Shown here: positions 12,380 to 22,699 of the stretch, one piece after another
Numbering within the stretch: the first letter of the stretch is position 1
How the letters are laid out: each line of letters opens with the position of its first letter
Assembly (NCBI RefSeq): GCF_036365525.1
Contig: NC_090404.1
Span: forward strand, 9,238,001-9,302,000
Direction: 5' to 3'
DNA: 64,000 bases
Source of the DNA: Heterodontus francisci
Lineage: Eukaryota
The notes under the pieces: model-generated
The model's input: the letters and a program-made list of their open reading frames with translations, nothing else
The model's database searches: none
What the model was told of the DNA's origin: nothing
Program-made: the position numbers and the translations under genes

Positions 12380-13860
12380 ATAAAGGCCTCAGACAACATG
12401 CAGGTGGTGGTGATCCCATGCACCTGCCCTTGTCCTTTTCCGTGGGAGATTTTGCGGATTTTGAGGTGCTGGAGAAAAAGTCACGGCAATTTTATGCAGT
12501 GCATTTTTATACGGGAAACACTGCTGCTACTAGGCGCTGGTGGTGGAAGGAGTGAATGTTTAACATGATTGTGCCAATCAAGCAGACTCTGTGCCCTGGA
12601 TGGGGTCGAGCTTCTTCAGTGTTGTTGAGTACAGACTCATCCAGGCAAGTGGAGAGTATTCCATTATATTCATGACTTGTGCCTTATTGGTGGTGGAAAT
12701 ACTTTGCACAATAAGGAGGTCATTACAGAATATCCGGAATACCCAGCCCCTGACCTGCTCTTGTAGCCAAAGTATACATTTTTTATTCTTTCATGGGATT
12801 TGGGCATCACTGAAAGGCCATCATTTGTTGCCCACCCCTAATTTCCCTGAACTTTTGAGTGCCTTGCTAGGACATATAAGAGGGCAGTTAAGAGTCAACC
12901 ACATTGCTGGTGGTCGGGAGTCAATATGTAGGCCAGACCAGGCAAGGACGGCAGATTTCCTTCCCTAAAGGACATTAGTGAACCAGAAAGGTTTTTTTTT
13001 ACAACAATTGAGGATGGTTTCCTGACACCATTACTGAGGCGAGCTTTCAATTCCAGATTTTTTATTAATTAATTTATTTTATTAATTAATTTAATTGAAA
13101 TTCCACGGGCTGTGGTGTGGGATTTGAACCCCCATCCCCAGATGAATTATCCCCAGATCACTTGCTGGGCTACTGGATTACTAATTGAGTGATATTACCA
13201 ATGGTCAATGGTGATCCCCAGGATATTGATGATGAGTGATTTCTCGATTGTAATACTTTGACTGCCAGGAGCAAATGGTGGAATATCTATTGTTGGAAAT
13301 GGTCATTGCTTCACACTTCTGTGAAGTGAATGTCACTTGTCACTTGTCAGCCTAAGCCTGAATGTTGTTCAGATTTGCTATATGCTGACCCGGACTTCTT
13401 CATTGTCTGAGGCAAAATACTATGGATGCTGTAATCGTGGAAATCATTAACATGAATTCCTAGATGTTTCTCTCTCTACAGATGCTGCCTGACCTGCTCA
13501 GCATTTTAACATTTTCTGGTTTGATGTCAAGATCTGAGAAGTTGCAAACTGAACTGAACACAGTGCAATCATCAGTAAACATCCCCACTTCTGACCTTAT
13601 GATGGAGGGAAGGTTATTGATGAAGCAACTGAAGATGGTTGGGTCTGGGAAACTACCCTGAGGAACTCCTGCAGTGATGTCCTGGGACTGAGATGATTGG
13701 CCTCCGACAACCACAACCACCTTCCTTTGTGCCAGGTATGATTCCAACCAGCGGACAGTTTTCCCCGATTCCCATTGACTCCAGTTTTTCTAGAGCTCCT
13801 TAATGCCATACTCGGTCAAATGCTGCCTTGGTTTTAACGGCACTCTCTCTCACCTCACCG
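12380..13860 (-). mobile_element. Fragments of the second LINE family (as at 54170-57295), with a nested tRNA-derived SINE (~12783-13200)
   Basis: ORF 13460-13747 (GVPQGS...GMFTDDCT) matches the 55747 ORF. The SINE carries an antisense B-box (GGATTTGAACC). Confidence 0.75.
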
Positions 13861-14432
13861 TCCCCAGGACACTGTCGCTCCACTGTGGAATCAATGCGGA
13901 TTATAACTGGATCGGCTCTGACGTAAATGTTTTTCTTTTAATTATAAAATTAATTCTCTTTACGGTATTAAATATACACGGTTTAAAAATACTTGCAGAA
14001 TATGAGAAATAAAAGCCACAGGTAGAATATCGGAACTGGATCCTGTCCTGTTGACGAAGCAAGAAATTCCTGGCGGTGTCAGCAAACTCTTTTACAGAGA
14101 AGAACTGAATATTGATCCATATATTTAAGGGGAAAGCAGCTGATTAGAAGCGGAATGTACAGTTTAACCGGTAGATTGATTCTGTGCTGGATCTGTCTGT
14201 CTGACTGGATTCTGCAGTTTGTTTTCTCGGCCTCTCCTCGAAACAGTTGGGTGACAGTTTGATCCGAGGTTAATTTGGTTTCCTCTCGGTGTGTGTTTGA
14301 GCGCCAAACAGCGCGCTGCACATTGTGGCTGCATCTGCCCGTGATTCTACACAACCCCCAACAGACAGGAGCTCCCACCCACAGTCCAAAGGCAGTTTTT
14401 GTACAGGGGTGAGACTGCTTTCCATCACTGTG

Positions 14433-14895
14433 AGTCGGAAGGCGCAGTAATACACGGCAGAGTCAGTCAGCTGCAGGCCCGAGATGGTTAAACTGGTCAA
14501 CTTAGTCGCAGTCTGGAGCTTAACAGCGAAACGGATTTTGGCAAAATCTGCTTTATATTCAGCACCGCTCGAGAATATCCTCAGGATAAACTCGGGCTGT
14601 GTATCTGGGTGTTGCCGGTACCAGTATAAATAATAGGTGCCCGATTTAGTATCATAGGTACAGCTTAAAGTCACAGCTTCTCCTTCTGTCTTAACATCTG
14701 AAGGCAGGAGCTGAGTAACAGAGTCTCCATGACTCCGATCTGAAAAACATGTTTAAACAGGAAAAGATCAGAGCGGGTGTTCAAAATTCAGGTTCAAACC
14801 ATGTTTGTGAAATGAGAGAAAAGATGAAATGTGTTTAGTCCATAATTACCTGTCAGAAATGCTCCCCACACAACCCAGATGCTGAGCAGCCGCAT
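14433..14895 (-). CDS. TCR delta/alpha V gene, apparently functional (leader 14850-14895, V exon 14433-14739)
   Basis: Leader MRLLSIWVVWGAFLT with GTAATT donor. Reads GDSVTQLLPSDVKTEGEAVTLSCTY...YLYWYRQHPDTQPEFIL...LTISGLQLTDSAVYYCAFR. RSS: CACAGTG (14426-14432), 23-bp spacer, ACAAAAACT (14394-14402). Confidence 0.95.
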
Positions 14896-15635
14896 TATCG
14901 CTGTCCGCTCTGTAAAAGGGGAGTTGGATATTTGAAGACACCCGTTCTAATCCCCACCCTCAATAATCTGCTGTCGTGTCTCAGGATTCTCTCACCTCAC
15001 TTCCTTGTGTCCCCAGTGGTGCTGTGAGAGCGGTAGGTGGTGAGCTGGCTGTCAGTGAATGGAATCACCCCGAAATGGGCGACAGTCACTATCCTTATAT
15101 GGTGAATGGTTCCGCTGTTAGAGACGTGGGGCGGGGACTGAAACCATTGTCTGGTTATTGTAACAGGAAATATGGGATTGTTCATGGGGTTGGTTTATTC
15201 TGGCGTCAATTCTTCCTCTCAAATTCCAGCAACCTCACCATCAGCACACTGGTAACCGTGACTCCAGTGAGATTTCCCTCACCGATCAGTTAACTAGTGA
15301 ACTAACAATGATTCTGTATTTTGTCGGAGTGATTTACAGATTTGTCTCATTCGAACGATGATCTCTGCTGTTACTGAGTAAACAACTGAACAGGCATAAA
15401 GAACAAACTCTCGCTGTAATTTAAACAGCGTTTCCAGCACCGTCCTCTTCCCTGGTTTCCATTTAAAATGCAGTTTAAATTCTTCCTGTTGAATTCTGAC
15501 ACTCTTTGTGTTCGTAATCTGCAGATTTCGAGGGAGCCTCGCATCGGTGCATTATAGCAATTTACCGCTCATCAGTTGAAAGTGGGCGGGAGCAGAGCGC
15601 GGGGATCGGGGCCCAAGTTCTCAGTTTGTTTGATT

Positions 15636-16030
15636 CTTTAGTGCGATGTGGGCTTCGCTGGCAAGGTCAGGATTTGTTGTCAATCCCGAATTGCCCCTCA
15701 CAACTGAATGGCTCACTAAGCCATTTCAGAGGGCAGTTAAGAGTCAACTACATTGTTGTTGGTCTGGAACCAGATGTAGGCCAGGACAGGTAAGGACAGC
15801 AGATTTCCTTCCCTAAAGGACATTAGTGAACCAGATGGGATTTTTCTGACGAACGTGGACGATAGTTTCATGGCACCATTACTGAGACTAGCTTTCAATT
15901 CCAGATTTTTATAGATTAATTGAATTTAAATTTCACCAGCTCCCATGGGATTTGAACTCATGTTCCCAGGGTATAAACCTGGGTCTCTGGATTACTAGTT
16001 CAGTGACTTTCCCCCACTAGGCTGCCAACT
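15636..16030 (-). mobile_element. tRNA-derived SINE (same family as 12783-13200)
   Basis: Shares GAGGGCAGTTAAGAGTCAAC...CAGATTTCCTTCCCTAAAGGACATTAGTGAACCAG with 12880-12990. Its tail matches the 3' end of the family-2 LINE. Confidence 0.75.
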
Positions 16031-16615
16031 CCCCCGAGACTAACAACAGCAATTGGAATCTGAGAGAGGGTCTGCCACTGGCAGTGTTCTCGATAATTTC
16101 CAGTTGATAACGGAGCCAGTTTCCAGAGACCATTTACTGAGAGACACCTTTCAGACAATTCAGCTGTGTAAATAGGAGGAAGGAAATATGAGTGAGTTGA
16201 AAGGAAATTGCATATTACTTAATTTCTGAACCCATTTCTTTGCAGCTTTCTCTTACCTTGTAGCTTTGTGTTGCACTCTGGTTCTTTCTCATTTTCTTTC
16301 GTTTCTCTTTCCTTATCTTCTTAATCTTCCATCCTCGACACGGATTGGGAAAGTGTTTTTCCTTTTCTCTCTCTCCCTCATTCTTTATTTCGCGCTTTCT
16401 CTGCTGTTTTCTCTCTCTATGTTTCCAGCTCTCTGTATTTCTTACTTTCCTGAACTCCCTCTCTCTGCTCTACTTGTTATTTTTTGATCTCATTCAGGAT
16501 ACTCTCCGATTATGATAGCGGGTTACTCGCATCCCGTCATACCAAACACAGAAGAACGGCTCTCCCACTCGCTGCCGTATTCTATATGGACTCTCCATCT
16601 GTTTGTTATACTGTG

Positions 16616-16887
16616 GCCTCACTGCAGAGACAGGTGGCAGTGCCCGTCACTTGCACGTCTCTCACAGTCAGGGCACTGGGTTTATTGCCTCCCCGGATCG
16701 AAGTAGTGATCCTCTCGTGTTGATCGCTCCCGCGTGCGGCCATCACCAGATGCTGGAGGGCCTGGTTCGTCTTGCCAATGCAAGATGGTGAACGGAACGG
16801 TAATGGTGCAGTGTATGGAGAGGATTCCCGCTTCACTAACAACCACCCGCCCAGGGAGCTGCATCGCCTCCTCTTCACTGGTCCCAT
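16616..16887 (-). pseudogene. Degenerate TCR V pseudogene (split across two ORF frames)
   Basis: Acceptor CTGTACAG. Frame A reads QLPGRVVVSEAGILSIHCTITVPFTILHW; frame B reads NQALQHL...SALTVRDVQVTGTATCLC. Decayed RSS: CACAGTA (16609-16615), 23-bp spacer, ATAGAATAC. Confidence 0.65.
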
Positions 16888-17099
16888 CTGTACAGATCAG
16901 AGCGTAAAAGAGCAGGAAAACAGTGTAAAACCAGAACCTTATCAGATCAGAGGAAATGGACTCTGCAAATATTGAACACAGAGGTCGGGTAAGAACCGGG
17001 ACACGGATATTATATTCAGGAGGATTAACAAGGACTCAAACTCCCGCTTCAGGTCCAACGCAGAGGCTTCTTCCTGTCGAATTAACGGGAAATGGGCCG

Positions 17100-17590
17100 G
17101 ACACGGTTGAGGAAAAAGGAAGACATATCAGAAGCGCTGTTGTGGAAGGATGCGTTGGTGATGGAGAAACTGGGAGAATGTAATGGAGTCCTTACAGGAG
17201 GCAGGTTGTGAAGAAGGGTAGTCAAGGTGGCTGTGAGAGTCAGTGGACCTATAATGAATGTTAGTAGACAGCTTATCCCCAGAGATGTTAATTTTTCTGT
17301 CCATTAACACCCTCTCTGCACTAATGCTTTGTCTTTCAGCACACCATTAACACACCCTTTGCCTTTGTTCCATGACCTTCTGGTCTGTTATTCTCTGTGA
17401 CCCTCTGTCCTATCAACACCTTCCCTTTTGTTATCTTTTGCCCTCCACCCCACTTTATTTGCTTAAAACCTATTACATTTCTAACCTCTGCCAGTTCTGA
17501 TGAAAGGTCACTGACCTGGAACGTTAACTCTACTTCTCTCTCTCCACAGATGCTGCCAGACCTGCTGAGTATTTCTAGCATTTCTTGTTT
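17100..17590. mobile_element. Penelope-like element remnant (RT C-terminal fragment on the minus strand plus terminal repeat with hammerhead motif)
   Basis: ORF 17128-17310 (LSTNIHYRSTDSHSHLDYPSSQPASCKDSITFSQFL) matches the PLE pattern. The terminal-repeat sequence recurs at ~13460, 58945 and 62330. Confidence 0.75.
17493..17529 (+). ncRNA. Minimal type I hammerhead ribozyme motif (PLE-associated, core mutated GAAA>GGAA)
   Basis: AGTT-CTGATGA-A-AGGTC(ACT)GACCT-GGAA-C-GTT-AACT: helix I, core, helix II and a palindromic helix III. Confidence 0.55.
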
Positions 17591-18070
17591 TTATCTCATC
17601 TTCATCTACCTCACTCTGTTGTTGTCTCTCTCTGTATCACTAACTGTAATCGGACTCAGCTTTACCTATCTCCCACTGTTGGTGTCCCTCTGTATCTCTG
17701 TACTCAGTCTTACCTTTATCTATCTCCCTCTGTTGTCTCTCTTTATCACTCGCTGAACTCAATCTCACCTTTATCTATCTCCTTCTGTTGGTCTCTCTCT
17801 GTATCACTGTACTCAATCTCACCTTTATCTATCTCCTTCTGTTGTTGTCTCTTCATCACTCACTGTACTCAATCTCACCTTTATCTATCTCCTTCTGTTG
17901 GTGCCTCTCTGTATCTCTGTACTCAGTCTTACCTTTATTTATATCCCTCTGTTGTTGTCTCTCTTTATCACTCACTGAACTCAAAATCACCTTTATCTAC
18001 CTCCTTGTGTTGGTTTATCTCTGTATCACTCACTATGTCCAGGCTGTCCTTTCTCTGTTTTCCTCTGTTT
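17590..18070. repeat. Degenerate ~55-bp CT-rich minisatellite
   Basis: Units like ACTCAATCTCACCTTTATCTATCTCCTTCTGTTG. Related array at 44430-44625. Confidence 0.8.
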
Positions 18071-18219
18071 GTTCATCTCTGTATCAATGTACTCAGTTTC
18101 GTCTTTGTCTCTGCTTATGTCTATCTACTTTTGCTTTTGTCCGTTTCTCTCAATCTCCAACACTCCCTGGAGTTGCAATATTTAACATGCTTTTTTTAAG
18201 AAAAATTACAGCTTGGAAA

Positions 18220-18570
18220 TCAAGCCTTCCCTACAAATCATAAAGTGCTAATGAAATAACTCTGAAATGTAGTCACTGTTGTAAGATAGGAGAAGCTGAA
18301 ATTAATATGCTCACAGCAAACTCCCGCAAAGAGCAACCTGATAATATGTTTTAACGATGTTGGTTGAGAGATAAGAATTGACCTAGTTCACCTGGGAAAT
18401 CTTTTTCTTTTTCAAAATATTGTTTCGCCAGATCTTTTACCTAAGAGAGCTGTCGAAAGGAGGCGTGAGCCTGGATTATGGACCGAAACCTCTGTAATGG
18501 AACTTGACTCTACAATCTTTCAACTGAGATGCAGGAGTGAGACCGACTGAGCCGCGCCTAACACTTACAA
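18220..18570 (-). mobile_element. Old SINE, probably of the Deu-SINE (SacSINE1-like) type
   Basis: Antisense tRNA-like head near 18500-18555 and a body recalled as similar to Deu-SINEs. Related fragment at 42150-42340. Not database-checked. Confidence 0.4.
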
Positions 18571-18666
18571 AGCAGCACATGTTCCCCTGAACTGGAGACA
18601 CCGCCTGTGGCAGTTTCATTTTACTAAGGTTTTTGAACAGCGACCAATGAGTTTTAAATCCCTGTG

Positions 18667-19116
18667 CTGCTTAATCCACAGAAATACACAGCGGTGTCCT
18701 AGATTTCAGCTCGAGTGATCGTTAAAGGAAACATCTTTTCTGAATTGGTCTGGTCGGCCTGAAATCTTCCCTTGGCAAAATACGCATCCATTTTTTGGCT
18801 GTTATCCCGGTACAAAATAAAAAGTGGAGCCTGGTTCGGGTGCTGTCGATACCAAAGCAGATTGGGGTTATTGTAGCTTGTTGTGTAACTACAGTCTATT
18901 TTCACACCAGTTCCTTCAATCACGTAGATTACGCTCTGAGGTTGTTTCACTGAATCCGCACGAATCCCGCCTGAAATAACAATAAAAAAATAACTGGCAA
19001 CTGAATATAATACTGTGTTAGAAAGTCTGGTAGCACCACACCAGTGCAAACAGATTCAAGTCGTGGCCATACCTACCGAACACCAGCCATAATATAACGA
19101 GATGATGGTACGACAT
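18667..19116 (-). pseudogene. TCR delta/alpha V gene inactivated by one nonsense codon in FR3
   Basis: Leader MSYHHLVILWLVF (19077-19116, GTAGGT donor). V exon from 18970 reads ADSVKQP...IDCSY...LLWYRQHPNQAP...LTITRAEI*DTAVYFCGLS, with TAG at 18699-18701. RSS: CACAGGG (18660-18666), 23-bp spacer, TCAAAAACC (18628-18636). Confidence 0.92.
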
Positions 19117-19989
19117 GAGTTCTATTATACCTTCACCAACAACCCCTTGGAATAGCAGTTCTATTTACTGTTGCAATCTGCTACACCGAGGAAAGTTACA
19201 AACTGTTTGGCAGAAAGGTATAGCAGAATTGTCTCCAGCAATTCTGCTGCTGGAAAAAAATGTACCGAATGCATTAACTGGGTTTCAACGCAAGCGCTGA
19301 ATGGTCGGCTGAATTGTCTCCACTTCCTGCTATGCGGCATCATTCGGACCGTCACTCCGTGGATTCAAGAAGGAGAGACAGGATTGTGGAAGATCACTGC
19401 GCAGGGTGGGAAGGACGGGGGCGGGGGTGGGGGTTGGGGGGTGGTGGGTGGAGGAGGTGGCAGCGGGAGTTGTATTTGGTAATTCACATTTCCTCCCCGC
19501 ATCACGCCTCTTGTCAAAAAAGGTAATATTCATGTGGTGCAAGATAACCAGTGAAAGTGAAATATATTACAAAAGCAGAAAGAGAAATAATTAATGAGAG
19601 AAAATCGGAAAGAGGAAAGACCGAAATAGAGAAAGAACGAAAAACGAAAGAGAAGAAAACTAATGTCGTTGTGAAAGAAAGAAAGAATGGCAGAAATGAA
19701 GGAAGTTTGTTATCCTGTACCTATTGCTTCTCATATTACTTTGCTTCTATTCTCAGCATGTGAGCCTCGCTGACAAGGCAGGCGTTTAGTGCACATTCCT
19801 AGTTGTCACTGAGAAGGTAGTGGTGATCAGCATTCTTGAACCGCAACACCCGCAGTGTTGTTGGCTAGGGAGTTCCAAAATTTAGACCCAAGGACGATGA
19901 AGGAACGTCGATGCATTTACAGATCTGAACGGCGTGTAACTTAGAAGGGAAAGTAGATGAGTTGGTTTTTCCATGTATAGCCACTGCTC

Positions 19990-21424
19990 TTTCATTGCAG
20001 CAGCTTTTTCGGGAGCAGAGTGTGAGCGAGTGAGCAGCTGGGAAGGTCAGTTTGAAAGTAAATTTAATTTCCTTTTGTTTTTCGGCAGAGGCCAGGGGGC
20101 TGCTGGGTAAGTAAAACACTATATATTTGGGCGGTTTAAAATAACTTTCCTTTCATTGCAGCAGCTTTTTCGGGAGCAGAGTGTGAGCGAGTGAGCAGCT
20201 GGGAAGGTCAGTTTGAAAGTAAATTTAATTTCCTTTTGTTTTTCGGCGGAGGCCAGGGGGCTGCTGGGTAAGTAAAACACTATATATTTGGGCGGTTTAA
20301 AATAACTTTCCTTTCATTGCAGCAGCTTTTTTGGGAGCAGAGTGTGAGCGAGTGAGCAGCTGGGAAGGTCAGTTTGAAAGTAAATTTAATTTCCTTTTGT
20401 TTTTCGGCGGAGGCCAGGGGGCTGCTGGGTAAGTAAAACACTATATATTTGGGCGGTTTAAAATAACTTTCCTTTCATTGCAGCAGCTTTTTCGGGAGCA
20501 GAGTGTGAGCGAGTGAGCAGCTGGGAAGGTCAGTTTGAAAGTAAATTTAATTTCCTTTTGTTTTTCGGCAGAGGCCAGGGGGCTGCTGGGTAAGTAAAAC
20601 ACTATATATTTGGGCGGTTTAAAATAACTTTCCTTTCATTGCAGCAGCTTTTTCGGGAGCAGAGTGTGAGCGAGTGAGCAGCTGGGAAGGTCAGTTTGAA
20701 AGTAAATTTAATTTCCTTTTGTTTTTCGGCGGAGGCCAGGGGGCTGCTGGGTAAGTAAAACACTATATATTTGGGCGGTTTAAAATAACTTTCCTTTCAT
20801 TGCAGCAGCTTTTTCGGGAGCAGAGTGTGAGCGAGTGAGCAGCTGGGAAGGTCAGTTTGAAAGTAAATTTAATTTCCTTTTGTTTTTCGGCAGAGGCCAG
20901 GGGGCTGCTGGGTAAGTAAAACACTATATATTTGGGCGGTTTAAAATAACTTTCCTTTCATTGCAGCAGCTTTTTCGGGAGCAGAGTGTGAGCGAGTGAG
21001 CAGCTGGGAAGGTCAGTTTGAAAGTAAATTTAATTTCCTTTTGTTTTTCGGCGGAGGCCAGGGGGCTGCTGGGTAAGTAAAACACTATATATTTGGGCGG
21101 TTTAAAATAACTTTCCTTTCATTGCAGCAGCTTTTTCGGGAGCAGAGTGTGAGCGAGTGAGCAGCTGGGAAGGTCAGTTTGAAAGTAAATTTAATTTCCT
21201 TTTGTTTTTCGGCGGAGGCCAGGGGGCTGCTGGGTAAGTAAAACACTATATATTTGGGCGGTTTAAAATAACTTTCCTTTCATTGCAGCAGCTTTTTCGG
21301 GAGCAGAGTGTGAGCGAGTGAGCAGCTGGGAAGGTCAGTTTGAAAGTAAATTTAATTTCCTTTTGTTTTTCAGCGGAGGCCAGGGGGCTGCTGGGTAAGT
21401 AAAACACTATATATTTGGGCGGTT
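19990..21424 (+). repeat. Nine near-identical 161-bp tandem monomers in the LINE 5' UTR
   Basis: TTTCATTGCAGCAGC recurs at 19990, 20151, 20312, 20473, 20634, 20795, 20956, 21117 and 21278. Confidence 0.97.
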
Positions 21425-21604
21425 TCTGAACCCGAGACACCACACTTGTCGTGTCTCCCACCCGCCCTCCTCCTCTAACCAAAAAAAAAAGGACTCGGTG
21501 GGGTGTTTATAAGGTAAGGCTTTTTCTATTTCTCTGGTTTTATCGTGATTGGTAAAAACTTTTCGTTCCTTTTTCATTTAACTAAGTTAAGCTTAAGATT
21601 AAAA

Positions 21605-22552
21605 ATGGCAGGAGATCTCAGACCCGTGTCATGCTCCTCTTGCTCAATGTGGGAGCTCAGGGACATGGCTGATGTCCCTGACTCCTTCACGTGCAGGAAG
21701 TGTGTCCAACTGCAGCTCTTGTTAGACCGCATGACGGCTCTCGAGCTGCGGATGGACTCACTTTGGAGCATGCGCGATGCTGAGGAGGTCGTGGATAGCA
21801 CGTTTAGTGAATTGGTCACACCGCAGATTAGGATTGCTGAGGGAGAAAGAGAATGGGTGACCAAAAGGCAGAGAAAGAGCAGGAAGGCAGCGCAGGAGTC
21901 CCCTGCGGTCATCTCCCTCCAAAACAAGTATACCGTTTTGGATACTGTTGAGGGAGATGGCTCACCAGGGGAAGGCAGCAGTAGCCAGGTCCATGGCACC
22001 GTGGCTGGCTCTGCTGTTCAGAAGGGCGGGAAAAAGAGTGGAAGGGCTATAGTCGTAGGGGATTCGATTGTAAGGGGAGTAGATAGGCGGTTCTGTGGTC
22101 GAAAACGAGGCTCCCGAATGGTATGTTGCCTCCCAGGTGCACGGGTCAGGGATGTCTCAGATCGGCTGCAGAAAATTCTAAAGGGGGAGGGTGAACAGCC
22201 AGTTGTCATTGTGCACATAGGCACTAATGATATAGGTAAAAAACGGGATGAGGTCCTACAAGCAGAGTTTAGGGAGTTAGGAGCCAAGTTAAAAAGTAGG
22301 ACCTCAGAGGTAGTAATCTCAGGATTACTACCAGTGCCACGTGATAGTCAGAGTAAAAATGAAAGAATAGTCAGGATGAATGCGTGGCTTGAGAGATGGT
22401 GCAGGAAGGAGGGGTTCAGATTTTTGGGACATTGGGACCGGTTCTGGGGGAGGTGGGACTATTACAAATTGGACGGTCTACACCTGGGCCGGACTGGAAC
22501 CAATGTCCTTGGAGGTGCTTTTGCTAACGCTGTTGGGGAGGGTTTAAACTAA
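21605..22552 (+). CDS. CR1 ORF1 (Cys-rich N-terminus, coiled coil, SGNH esterase-like domain)
   Basis: CSSC..CRKC, IVVGDSIVRG, CLPGARV, HIGTND and DGLHL motifs in an open frame. Confidence 0.9.
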   Translation: MAGDLRPVSCSSCSMWELRDMADVPDSFTCRKCVQLQLLLDRMTALELRMDSLWSMRDAEEVVDSTFSELVTPQIRIAEGEREWVTKRQRKSRKAAQESPAVISLQNKYTVLDTVEGDGSPGEGSSSQVHGTVAGSAVQKGGKKSGRAIVVGDSIVRGVDRRFCGRKRGSRMVCCLPGARVRDVSDRLQKILKGEGEQPVVIVHIGTNDIGKKRDEVLQAEFRELGAKLKSRTSEVVISGLLPVPRDSQSKNERIVRMNAWLERWCRKEGFRFLGHWDRFWGRWDYYKLDGLHLGRTGTNVLGGAFANAVGEGLN

Positions 22553-22699
22553 TGTGGCAGGGGGATGGGAACCAATTGAGGTCAGTTGACAGTAAGGAGG
22601 TAGTAACAAAAGCCTGTAAGGAACTAAATAATGAAGTCAGTGTGACTAAGGGGAAGAGCAGGCAGGGAGCAGATGATGAATATAAAGGGACTGGTGGTC

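Noticed and set aside
18596-18612. CTCF-like sequence just beyond the RSS of the 18.7 kb V
   Set aside because: The position is suggestive, but several core positions mismatch.
19990-21424. CRISPR-like regular array
   Set aside because: Units are contiguous and near-identical with no unique spacers. The context is a eukaryotic LINE 5' UTR.
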